A DNA stretch of 64,000 nt from Candidatus Micrarchaeota archaeon. GTDB lineage: Archaea > Micrarchaeota > Micrarchaeia > Micrarchaeales > CABMGC01. The DNA lies in NCBI GenBank assembly GCA_021828295.1, contig JAKASF010000001.1, forward strand, positions 2,702 through 66,701. Direction: 5' to 3'. This document shows positions 44,990 through 52,837 of the stretch, in pieces (the stretch's first letter is position 1; every line of letters begins with the position of its first letter). The position numbers and the translations under genes were made by a program. Below the pieces are notes generated by a model that saw nothing but the letters and a program-made list of their open reading frames with translations, ran no database searches and was not told the origin of the DNA.

Positions 44990-47148
44990 GAGTATACACC
45001 CACGCTTATAGTGTTGCTCGAACCAGTGGCGTAGTTGAGGACGGGCAGCAGCGTGCTCGCCTTAGATATCTCGTAAGCGTTGGAGAGCGATGGCGCAGTG
45101 TAGGCCACGTTAACGAATCCAGCGCTGCCTACCTGGAACGCTGTATTGAAGTCTGCGTAGTCGTTGGTGCTGCCGCTCAGCGGGTACCAGGCCACGAGGC
45201 CCGCGCCGCTCACCGGAACGCCTCCGGGCCCGTTCCTGTAGAGCGTGAAGATCTGCTGCCGGCTCAGCGCGGTGTTGTAGACCTGCAGGTCGGCAACGTT
45301 GCCCGTGAAGTACCTGCTGTCAGTGGGCAGGCCCCCGCCTACTGTGAGGTTTATTTTTGGGGTCGCATAAGAGAGCGAGCCCGAAATGCCTGTAGAAAGC
45401 GGGATGTTGGCGTTAATGTACAGGTTAACGTCGCTGCCGTTGTACGAGCCGGTTACGAAGTACCACCTGCCGGTGCTGAGCGTATAGCCCGGACTGCTGG
45501 TAACAGTGCCGCCGATGCTGGCATTGAACAGGAGCACTCCAGAAGAAGATATCTCGAAGAACCAGCCGCAGTTGGTGGTCGGGGATGCGCATCCTCCGCC
45601 GTTGTCTCCGTAGCTGACGACCCTGCTGCCGCTTGAGGGGTAGGAGCTGACGTTCATCCAGAACGAGACGCTTGCCAATGTGGTGTTCAACGGTCCCGAG
45701 TTCCTTGCGATGTCAAAACCTTTCGCTCCGTTGAAATGGGCCACGCTGAGCGTGTTCGTCGAGATGCTGCCGGCGAACAGCGTATAGTTGGCGGCGGGGT
45801 AGACGCTGTTCAGTAGCGCCTTTCCACAGCCTGCCTGGCCGTTCAGGAACATGGTCGCCGCCGCTGCGAGCAGTGTCGTGTGTGGCGGCGAGAAGCACGA
45901 GCCGTACGCGAGGACCTGGTTGTTGGCAATAACGAAGAGCTTCCCGTAGGCGAGCGTCATGTACGGGTATATGGTTGCTCCGTGCAGGCTCGCAAACCAC
46001 TTTATCGTACCTGTTGAGAGGTTCTCGCCTGCGAGCCCGTCCTGCCATAGCGTATAGACCATGGTGCTTGTGACCACAGGCGTCGCGTTGACTACGTTCG
46101 CTCCGAAGTAGGCCGGCACGGCGACGCTCCAGTACGCGTTGCCGCTGGGCGAGATCGCGGCCACGCCTGCAGTGGTCTGGTATACGCTGTAGTTCTTGTA
46201 CACCGCTGCGCCGGTCACGGCGCTGGTGGTCCCGACAGGGAAGCCCGGAACTACGGTGCCGTTGGTGTATATCGCGTTCGCGTTGGCTCCGGTTCCAAGG
46301 TAGTATGTGCTCTGCTCGCTTGCAGACCTCGTCGGGGCGCTTCCAGAGTACGCGGTGCTCGTGAGTGATGCGGATGCTGTCCCTGCGCGGACTATGACGT
46401 TGACAGCGTTGCTGCTGGTCTTCACCACAAGGCTGCCCCCTGCGCCGGTTATCGATACCGGCGCCGCTGCCAGCGAGTATGACCAGTAGGAGGTGCCGTT
46501 GGTCGAGTAATACGAATGTACCTTGTTGTCGCTCCCTCCGAAGATGACCTCGTTGTTGTAGGCCATCATCGCCGTGTCTGGCGAGATGCCGCTTACCGAG
46601 TTGGTGCTCCAGACCCTGGCGCCTGTGCCGGCGTTCACCGCCGTAAGGTTGGTCGCATTCATGAAGTATATCATCCCGGAGTATGCGGCTGGAGTGCTGC
46701 CCACGTTGTTTATCGTGTTTATCGCCCACGCACGCGTGTTCGTGGTCGCATTGACTGCATAGAGCACGCTGTTTGCCGCGAAGTAGATGTTGCCGTAGGC
46801 GGCCACCACCCCTGTGGTGATCGTGTTGCCTGGGCTGAAGCTAGACACGAGTATCGGCTCGCTCGGCCCAATCGGGTTGCTGCTGTTCTCCCTTACCCCT
46901 CCGAGGAAGAGCGGCCATGTCTCGTTCATTCCCAGGTACTGGTTGTAGAGCGATGCGGCAAGCACGCTGCTGTTGCGCACCGAGTCTACGGTTGTGCCGG
47001 CGAGGTTCGCCAATATCGCCTGCGCATTCGAGTAGTGCAGGCTGTACGCGGTCGGGCTGTAGTAGTTGAACAGCAGCAGGACCGATATCCCTACTATCGC
47101 TATTACGAGCGCGAATATCGCATCCATCGTGAATACTATGCCCTTCAT
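44980..47148 (-). CDS. Pilin-like surface protein (722 aa): class III signal peptide + PQQ-like beta-propeller region + C-terminal LamG module
   Basis: N-terminus MKGIVFTMDAIFALVIAIVGISVLLLF. Repeats of the type LYAVNATTNTRAWA / LTAVNAGTGARVWS / VHSYYSTNGTSYWS. C-terminus LQVYNTALSRQQIFTLYRNGPGGVPVSGAGLVAWYPLSGSTNDYADF. Confidence 0.7.
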   Translation of the reverse strand: MKGIVFTMDAIFALVIAIVGISVLLLFNYYSPTAYSLHYSNAQAILANLAGTTVDSVRNSSVLAASLYNQYLGMNETWPLFLGGVRENSSNPIGPSEPILVSSFSPGNTITTGVVAAYGNIYFAANSVLYAVNATTNTRAWAINTINNVGSTPAAYSGMIYFMNATNLTAVNAGTGARVWSTNSVSGISPDTAMMAYNNEVIFGGSDNKVHSYYSTNGTSYWSYSLAAAPVSITGAGGSLVVKTSSNAVNVIVRAGTASASLTSTAYSGSAPTRSASEQSTYYLGTGANANAIYTNGTVVPGFPVGTTSAVTGAAVYKNYSVYQTTAGVAAISPSGNAYWSVAVPAYFGANVVNATPVVTSTMVYTLWQDGLAGENLSTGTIKWFASLHGATIYPYMTLAYGKLFVIANNQVLAYGSCFSPPHTTLLAAAATMFLNGQAGCGKALLNSVYPAANYTLFAGSISTNTLSVAHFNGAKGFDIARNSGPLNTTLASVSFWMNVSSYPSSGSRVVSYGDNGGGCASPTTNCGWFFEISSSGVLLFNASIGGTVTSSPGYTLSTGRWYFVTGSYNGSDVNLYINANIPLSTGISGSLSYATPKINLTVGGGLPTDSRYFTGNVADLQVYNTALSRQQIFTLYRNGPGGVPVSGAGLVAWYPLSGSTNDYADFNTAFQVGSAGFVNVAYTAPSLSNAYEISKASTLLPVLNYATGSSNTISVGVYSWS

Positions 47149-47687
47149 CAGCCAACACCAAAGCTCTTGTTAGTCCAGATTATTATCAGTACGCTTACAG
47201 GAACGCCATTGAGAACAGCAGACTGTCTTGCAACCTGTATGGCGTACGGGTTCCTCGTGTAGGGATACAGGCCCATCGCGAGCGTCGAGTTGCTCGAGTT
47301 TATTGCTATGTACCAGTCGTAGCCCACGCCCAGCAGCTGCTTTGTAGATTCGTATGTCAGCGTGTTGTAGTTGCTCATGGCCGCTAGCGCCGCTATCTTG
47401 CCGGGGGAGAGCTGGCTCCCGCTCCCTGTGCCGAGCCCGATGCTGACGTTGGACCACGTGAGCGTGTTGGTCACGTTAATCGCCGAGTTCCAGTTCTGCG
47501 GCGTGCCCCGCGTCAGGACCCGGCCCTGGAGGCTCTGCAGCTGTGCCTGCATCGTCTGGAGCCCGAGGCCGTATGCCGTGCTGTACTGGCCGCTTATGTT
47601 CACCCAGACAAACGTGAGCAGTATGAGCGCAGACCCGAATATGATCATGGCGAATATGACGTCAAACGACCAGAATTGGGCTTTCAT
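47148..47687 (-). CDS. Small pilin-like protein (179 aa), candidate major or minor pilin
   Basis: MKAQFWSFDVIFAMIIFGSALILLTF. The ATG at 47687 forms an ATGA overlap with the upstream stop. The track's 294-aa version (to 48032) adds an Arg-rich extension that overlaps the upstream gene. Confidence 0.7.
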   Translation of the reverse strand: MKAQFWSFDVIFAMIIFGSALILLTFVWVNISGQYSTAYGLGLQTMQAQLQSLQGRVLTRGTPQNWNSAINVTNTLTWSNVSIGLGTGSGSQLSPGKIAALAAMSNYNTLTYESTKQLLGVGYDWYIAINSSNSTLAMGLYPYTRNPYAIQVARQSAVLNGVPVSVLIIIWTNKSFGVG

Positions 47688-50600
47688 GGTGACCAACTCA
47701 GTGGGATGAGCGCGTATGCGCTTGGAGGCGACTGCGCGTTGTACAGCTGCTGTATCTGCGGCTGCGTGAGCGGAATGTTGTATAGCTGTACGTCGGCGAG
47801 CGTGCCGTTGAGGTAGTCGTTGGCCGTTCCGTCGGCCCCTATGTAGAACGGGTTGCTGTTCGCCACGCTTCCGATTCCAGACGCGCTGCCTGTGGAGGCC
47901 ACTGCGCCATCGGCGTAGGTTGTGACGTACTGCCCCGACAGGAAAGTGCACGCCACGAAGTGCCATCTGCTGTCCGCGTACGAGCCCGTGCTGTCGTACC
48001 TGGCGTTTCCGCCCCCTCCGTTGACCCCGCATGCCAGTTCGCCGCCGTTCTCCATGCGGAAGTCGAAGCCCGCGGAGCTGCCCACGTAGCCGTGGTACAG
48101 TATCGAGGGCGAGCCGCTAGAGTAGCCTGCTTTCATCCACGCCGTGACAGTGAATGCAGCTGTGGGGTTGACATATTGCGGCACTTTTATGTAGCCGTTC
48201 TGGCCGTTGAGGCTGACACCGGTTCCTGCGAACACGCTGGGCTGCGCGGGTAGCGATACCGTGTGCGAGTAGTACATGACGTTGGATGCGGTTCCGTTGT
48301 TGCCCCTGCCAGAATAGTCGTTCGCATTCCCGTTTAGCGGCCACCACCCCACGAGGCTCGTGTTGCTTATAGGCGCTCCCTCCGCTCCCCTGCTGTAGAT
48401 CTGCGCGATCTGGTTCGAGTTCAGCGTTGTGCTGTACACCTGGACGTTGAGCACGTTGCCAACGAAGGCGCCGTCGTTGCCCCTGCCTATCTCGAGCGGG
48501 CCTATGTTGTTGAACGTCGTGGCTAGGGAGAGCGAGCCGTCGTAGACGCCGTTTACGAATATCTTGAACGTGGAGCCATCGTAGGTGCCCACGAGATTGT
48601 ACAGCGTGTTGGCCTGCAGCGCCTGCGCGGTCGAAGGAAATGCCTGGTTCTGCGCGGAGAATCCGGCCACGCCGGTCGACCTTATGTACATCGTATATCC
48701 ACCTCCGGAGCCGTAGTTCATCTGCAGGGCGTCGGATTGCACTATATTGCTTGGAATCAGCCAGATAGACACCGCTATGTCGCTGGCAACGTTCAGCGAT
48801 CCCGAAAGGGGCACGCTCACGTAGCTTCCCCCGCTCACGGCGTTGAAGCTCGCGGCAAGCACCCCGCTCGAGTTGCTTATCGCGCCTGTCGTCGTGGGGC
48901 TTGCGGTGAATCCAAGGTTGCCGTATATGGTGCCGTTGAGCCCGTCGCCAGAATAGTCGAGCGCGTCTCCTGCAAGGGGCCACCAGCCCACCAGTCCCGC
49001 ATTTGTTGGCGGCACACCTGATACTCCCTGCTGGTAGAGCTGTTGCAGCTGCGATTGCGTGAGGAGCGAGTTGTACACCTGCGCATCAGCCATGCCGCCG
49101 CTGAAGTACTGTCCGGATTTCTTGCTGTCGTCTGTTCCAATGTATGGGACCGCGGTGCCTCCGTACGTGATTGCGCCGCCGCTGTACGTGTAAGACTGCG
49201 CGAGAACTCCGTTCAGGTACGTGGACACCACGTTCGTGACAGAGTTGTATTCGCAGGTCACCATGTACCACTTCCCCAGTACCAGAGACGGGGTGATCGA
49301 GTTGCTGGATCCAGAATTGCCGCTGGAGGTATGGACCGCGCAATCGGCCGCAGTCGACGGTGAGCTGCCGCAGTCGAAATCCATCTGCCAGCCTCCCCCG
49401 CCGTCGGCTCCGTTCTGCATCACCCTCTGGCACCTTCCGGCGGTGCCGCTGGCCGTTGACTCGTACTGCGGATCGATCCAAGCAGAATACGTTATTGCTG
49501 ACGATGGTTGCAGCAACGCCGTGTTCGCTGGAGCAATGTAGCTCGTGTTGCCGTCGAAATCAGCCACAGAGTTGGGGTTGCCCCATCCCGCTCCCCCAAG
49601 CAGTGAGCCCGAGCTGCCGCCGCCGCTCGCGTCAGAGGCCGCGTTGCCCTGCCCGAGGTTGAGCGGCCACCAGCCTATGAGGTTGCCGTCCAGGGCGGTG
49701 TTGCCGTTGTATGCCGTTGCCTTGACAACAGCCTGGCCGTTCGTCAGGTTCTGCGTTAGGAAGGCCACCGCTATTCCCGCAGTGTTGGTGTAGTTTGAGG
49801 TTGCATGGGCGTTCCCGTTAAGGTTTCCAAGAGTGGTAGTGAACCCGACAAGGTCGTTGGCAATCGCGTATCCCGCCTGGTTGGTGACGTTCGCAAAGAG
49901 CTCCGCGACTGTAGTGAAGAGCAGCGGTCCGCTAACGACTCCGTTGTTTCCCTGCCCGCTGTAGTCGTTCGCGTTCCCGTTTAGCGGCCACCAGCCTATG
50001 ACATTCGCGGCAAGTATCGGAGGGCTTGTTATTCCCTGCGAATACAGGGACTGAACCTGGCTTGACGAAAGGACCGCATTGTAGACCTGGACGTTGCTCA
50101 TTCCGCCGTTCCAGTACGTCGAACCTGCGCCGTTTTCCTGCCCGATCAGAACCGGATTTGAAGAGGCCGAGTAGGTCTTCGCGTATGAGACGCACGAGCC
50201 TCCAAGCAGCGCCCCGTTTATGTAGAAGCAAACCTGGTTGTTTCCGTTATTCGTTATCACGACATAGTACCAGGCGCCTTCGCGCAGCACCACGCTGGAT
50301 GATTGTACATAGGCATAGCTCGAGCCGTCTCCTATAAGCAATTCGAGCACATCGCTCGCTCCGCAGTAGCGAAACTCATATCCAGAGCTCGACCCCAGCT
50401 TCGATAGCATTGATTGGCAGTCACTATGCGAGTTCTCATAGAGCCACGCAGAATAAGAGAAAGGACTCGACGCAAATCGCAGAGCAGGGGTATCAGCGAC
50501 GGTGATGACGCTGGTTTGTCCGTTGAAGAGCGCAGCGTGCGCTGACTGCGATGAGAGACTCACGTTGGCTGCCTGAACGCTCGCGTTCGGGCAGTTGTAA

Positions 50601-51046
50601 TCGACGCATATGGTCCCGAACGAGTTCTGTATGTAGAGCGTGCCGTTCGCTATCGGAAGGTTGTAGTAGAAGGTGCCGGGCTGGAGGTACGAGCTGCTCG
50701 ATGCCACGTTCTTCACTGTGCTGAACGCATACGCCTGGATCGCCTGGCTGCCCACGCTCGCGTTCACTATCACCTCTCCGTTCTTAGTTATCAGCAGCTG
50801 GTACGCAAGCGTGCCCACATCTCCTGTTATCGGGACCCTGGCTGTGTAGCCGTTGCCTGCCTGCAGAGCCGTGTCCATCTGCGCCGCTATGCTCTGTGCC
50901 ACGAGCTGCTCCTGCGAGAAGAGCTGGCTGCTGAGCGTCTGCGCCCTCTGCGTGGCGATCAGGGAGAAGAGGAAGAGAAAGACCACGAGCACGAATGCGA
51001 AGATAATCATGAATTCCAGAGCTATCTGCAATTTCTTTCCAGGCAT
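47684..51046 (-). CDS. Giant pilin-like surface protein (1120 aa): class III signal peptide + four LamG-type modules
   Basis: N-terminus MPGKKLQIALEFMIIFAFVLVVFLFLF. Four junction motifs: VIGWWPLNGNANDYSGQGNNG, LIGWWPLNLGQGNA, LVGWWPLAGDALDYSGDGLNG, LVGWWPLNGNANDYSGRGNNG. Confidence 0.75.
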   Translation of the reverse strand: MPGKKLQIALEFMIIFAFVLVVFLFLFSLIATQRAQTLSSQLFSQEQLVAQSIAAQMDTALQAGNGYTARVPITGDVGTLAYQLLITKNGEVIVNASVGSQAIQAYAFSTVKNVASSSSYLQPGTFYYNLPIANGTLYIQNSFGTICVDYNCPNASVQAANVSLSSQSAHAALFNGQTSVITVADTPALRFASSPFSYSAWLYENSHSDCQSMLSKLGSSSGYEFRYCGASDVLELLIGDGSSYAYVQSSSVVLREGAWYYVVITNNGNNQVCFYINGALLGGSCVSYAKTYSASSNPVLIGQENGAGSTYWNGGMSNVQVYNAVLSSSQVQSLYSQGITSPPILAANVIGWWPLNGNANDYSGQGNNGVVSGPLLFTTVAELFANVTNQAGYAIANDLVGFTTTLGNLNGNAHATSNYTNTAGIAVAFLTQNLTNGQAVVKATAYNGNTALDGNLIGWWPLNLGQGNAASDASGGGSSGSLLGGAGWGNPNSVADFDGNTSYIAPANTALLQPSSAITYSAWIDPQYESTASGTAGRCQRVMQNGADGGGGWQMDFDCGSSPSTAADCAVHTSSGNSGSSNSITPSLVLGKWYMVTCEYNSVTNVVSTYLNGVLAQSYTYSGGAITYGGTAVPYIGTDDSKKSGQYFSGGMADAQVYNSLLTQSQLQQLYQQGVSGVPPTNAGLVGWWPLAGDALDYSGDGLNGTIYGNLGFTASPTTTGAISNSSGVLAASFNAVSGGSYVSVPLSGSLNVASDIAVSIWLIPSNIVQSDALQMNYGSGGGYTMYIRSTGVAGFSAQNQAFPSTAQALQANTLYNLVGTYDGSTFKIFVNGVYDGSLSLATTFNNIGPLEIGRGNDGAFVGNVLNVQVYSTTLNSNQIAQIYSRGAEGAPISNTSLVGWWPLNGNANDYSGRGNNGTASNVMYYSHTVSLPAQPSVFAGTGVSLNGQNGYIKVPQYVNPTAAFTVTAWMKAGYSSGSPSILYHGYVGSSAGFDFRMENGGELACGVNGGGGNARYDSTGSYADSRWHFVACTFLSGQYVTTYADGAVASTGSASGIGSVANSNPFYIGADGTANDYLNGTLADVQLYNIPLTQPQIQQLYNAQSPPSAYALIPLSWSP
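49956..49993 (-). repeat. 38-nt exact inter-gene repeat (copy 2)
   Basis: Identical to 43266..43303. Confidence 0.9.
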
Positions 51047-51047
51047 C

Positions 51048-51518
51048 TCATACCTTGGGGGTGAGGTACACGCACGGCACCGCGTTGTTGCTCGGGCACG
51101 AAGCTACCGAGGTCACGTTCACCAGGTAGGTTCCAGTGGACGTTATGCCTCCTAGGGAGCCGCTCACGTTCACCGGCGTGTACGCGGTGATGTAGCTGAG
51201 GCCCGAGGGCGACGTTATCACGAATATGACCTCGTGCCCTATCGTGTTGTTCACATTGCCGACGTAGATGAACCTCACGTTTGGAGGTACCTGTATCTGC
51301 ACCAGCTGCTTTGCCGGCGGTCCCTGGCTGCCTATGAGCGTGGCCGTGCTGGCCAGCTTGCTCGCCGCCTGCTGGGACTGTATGGCCGACAGGTTAGTGT
51401 TCGTGCTCGCCAGCTGTATGAAAGCTATTATCACCAGAGGCAGCAGTATCGCGAGCCCGAAGGCTAGCGTCACGAGCAGCTCGAAGCTCGACTGAAGCCT
51501 TTTACTCCCGTTCCTCAT
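51048..51518 (-). CDS. Small pilin-like protein (156 aa), first gene of pilin operon
   Basis: MRNGSKRLQSSFELLVTLAFGLAILLPLVIIAFI. The KRLQ-xxx-E-L pattern is shared with the next gene (KKLQIALEF). I moved the start to the ATG at 51518; the track's 51686 extension is Arg/Ser-rich and overlaps the CBS gene. Confidence 0.65.
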   Translation of the reverse strand: MRNGSKRLQSSFELLVTLAFGLAILLPLVIIAFIQLASTNTNLSAIQSQQAASKLASTATLIGSQGPPAKQLVQIQVPPNVRFIYVGNVNNTIGHEVIFVITSPSGLSYITAYTPVNVSGSLGGITSTGTYLVNVTSVASCPSNNAVPCVYLTPKV

Positions 51519-52659
51519 AGTGTCTCTCCGCAAGCCTCCTATTGCTGAGGAAGCTCTCCTTCCTGGTGCGCACGCGTTTGTAGATGCTGTCGAGGAGCGC
51601 GTCGAGCGTGCTCTCGAGGTTGTAGCCGTTCGCATGCGCAAACACCACGCCCCGCTTCCGCAGCGCGAGCCTCGCGTGCAGCTCATAGTTCCTCTCCCTG
51701 TGCCTCTTGACGTTCACAGAGACGTAATCGACCTCGTTGTGCCCGAACCTGTCTATCTTGCTTACGAGCCTGTTCATGCTGTCGCGTATCGCCTGCTCGT
51801 AGTCCCCGGTGTACTCGTCCAGCCCGGAGACCATCACCCTGCTCTGCGTCTTCGCTGTTGCCGCTGCAGCGCTCTCTATTATGTCCCTGATGGAGACCAC
51901 GCCCACCGGCACAGAGTTCTTTGTGACAACCAGCGCTGATATCCTGTTCTCCAGGAGCATCTTCGCCGCGTCTTCTGCGCGCCTGTCCGCGTCTATCGTG
52001 TATACCGGAGCGCGCATTATGCTCGCAGCAGAGATGTTGGACGGCGAGAAGGCGTACGACTTCCTCTCCGGAAGCCTCTCCTCTGGTTTGGTAAGCCTGT
52101 CTGCTATGTCCCTCTGGGATATGACCCCGGAGAGCCTGCCCTTGGCATCGAGCACCACCACCCTCGCTATCTTGTTCTTCTCCATCGCGTTTCTTGCCTG
52201 GGCCATGCTCGAGTCCTGGGGTATGGAGATTATCGGCGAGGACATCATGTCCGCCACCTTGGCCTTGGCCAGCATGTGCAGCGAGAGTATGGTGCTTACC
52301 ACTACGTCGCGCCTCACCACCCCCGTTATCCTGCTTCCCTCCTGGTAGGGCAGCGCCTTGGCGGAGAAGTCGTGGAAGTAGTTGATCAGCATGCCGAGAG
52401 AGGTGCTGGAATCGAGAACCGGAAGCTTCCGCGCGAACTTGCCCACAGGCAGGCTCTTGGAGAACTTGAGCGGGCCGATCGCCTGCTCCCTGAACAGCGA
52501 CCTGTCGTCCACCAGGCCAAAGTACTCCCTGTCGCGGAGCACCACCACCACGCCCAGCTTCCTTACCTTGTCCATCGTCTCCGTTACAGGCGTCTTGTAT
52601 TCGTAGAACTGCGCGTCAGAGACAAACTCCTTTGGCAATGCTTCGAATAGAGCTGGCAA
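51502..52659 (-). CDS. CBS-domain (two CBS pairs) protein fused to C-terminal HPF/RaiA (ribosomal S30AE)-like domain
   Basis: There are four CBS-like units (e.g. VVVLRDREYFGLVDDRSL; ARVVVLDAKGRLSGVISQRDI; ALVVTKNSVPVGVVSIRDI). The C-terminus VMVSGLDEYTGDYEQAIRDSMNRLVSKIDRFGHNEVDYVSVNVKRHRERNYELHARLALRKRGVVFAHANGYNLESTLDALLDSIYKRVRTRKE follows the beta-alpha-beta-beta-beta-alpha pattern of HPF/YfiA. Confidence 0.6.
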   Translation of the reverse strand: MPALFEALPKEFVSDAQFYEYKTPVTETMDKVRKLGVVVVLRDREYFGLVDDRSLFREQAIGPLKFSKSLPVGKFARKLPVLDSSTSLGMLINYFHDFSAKALPYQEGSRITGVVRRDVVVSTILSLHMLAKAKVADMMSSPIISIPQDSSMAQARNAMEKNKIARVVVLDAKGRLSGVISQRDIADRLTKPEERLPERKSYAFSPSNISAASIMRAPVYTIDADRRAEDAAKMLLENRISALVVTKNSVPVGVVSIRDIIESAAAATAKTQSRVMVSGLDEYTGDYEQAIRDSMNRLVSKIDRFGHNEVDYVSVNVKRHRERNYELHARLALRKRGVVFAHANGYNLESTLDALLDSIYKRVRTRKESFLSNRRLAERHYEERE

Positions 52660-52712
52660 ATGTACCTCCTCCCTTTAAAATATTCCCCTGATAAGGATTA
52701 AATAGACATCGC

Positions 52713-52783
52713 GCCAGGATGGCAGATCGGCTATGCGACCGCCTGCAGAGCGGTAAAGGAGGGTTCAACTCCCTCTCCTGGCT
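52713..52783 (+). tRNA. tRNA-Cys (anticodon GCA)
   Basis: Hand-folded, 71 nt. Acceptor GCCAGGA/TCCTGGC. Anticodon arm ACCGC-CTGCAGA-GCGGT. T arm GAGGG-TTCAACT-CCCTC. An upstream TATA-like GATTAAATAG is present. Confidence 0.85.
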
Positions 52784-52795
52784 CTGCTGCTCCCG

Positions 52796-52837
52796 AGAGA
52801 AAAGAAAAAAAGGAAAGCGGAAAACAAAAAGCCGCTT
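52796..52837 (-). terminator. Hairpin + oligo-T terminator downstream of membrane gene 52838..53179
   Basis: The minus strand reads AAGCGG-CTTTTTGTTTT-CCGCTT followed by TCCTTTTTTTCTTTTCTCTC, immediately after the TGA stop. Confidence 0.55.

Noticed and set aside
47688-48032. 115-codon N-terminal extension of the small pilin-like gene (track ORF 47148-48032)
   Set aside because: The extension is Arg-rich and overlaps the 3' end of the upstream 1120-aa gene. The internal ATG at 47687 gives a class III signal-peptide N-terminus and an ATGA overlap with the upstream stop.
45713-48983. Off-frame minus-strand ORFs 45713-46729 (338 aa) and 48117-48983 (288 aa), and plus-strand 46516-47262
   Set aside because: They overlap the LamG/propeller pilin-like genes in other frames. 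Their translations are extremely Arg/Gly/His-rich. The chosen frames carry repeated, recognisable WWPLNGNANDYSG/LamG motifs.
51519-51686. 56-codon N-terminal extension of the first pilin-like gene (track ORF 51048-51686)
   Set aside because: The extension is Arg/Ser/Thr-rich and overlaps the CBS gene. The ATG at 51518 yields MRNGSKRLQSSFELLVTLAF, matching the N-terminus of the next gene.
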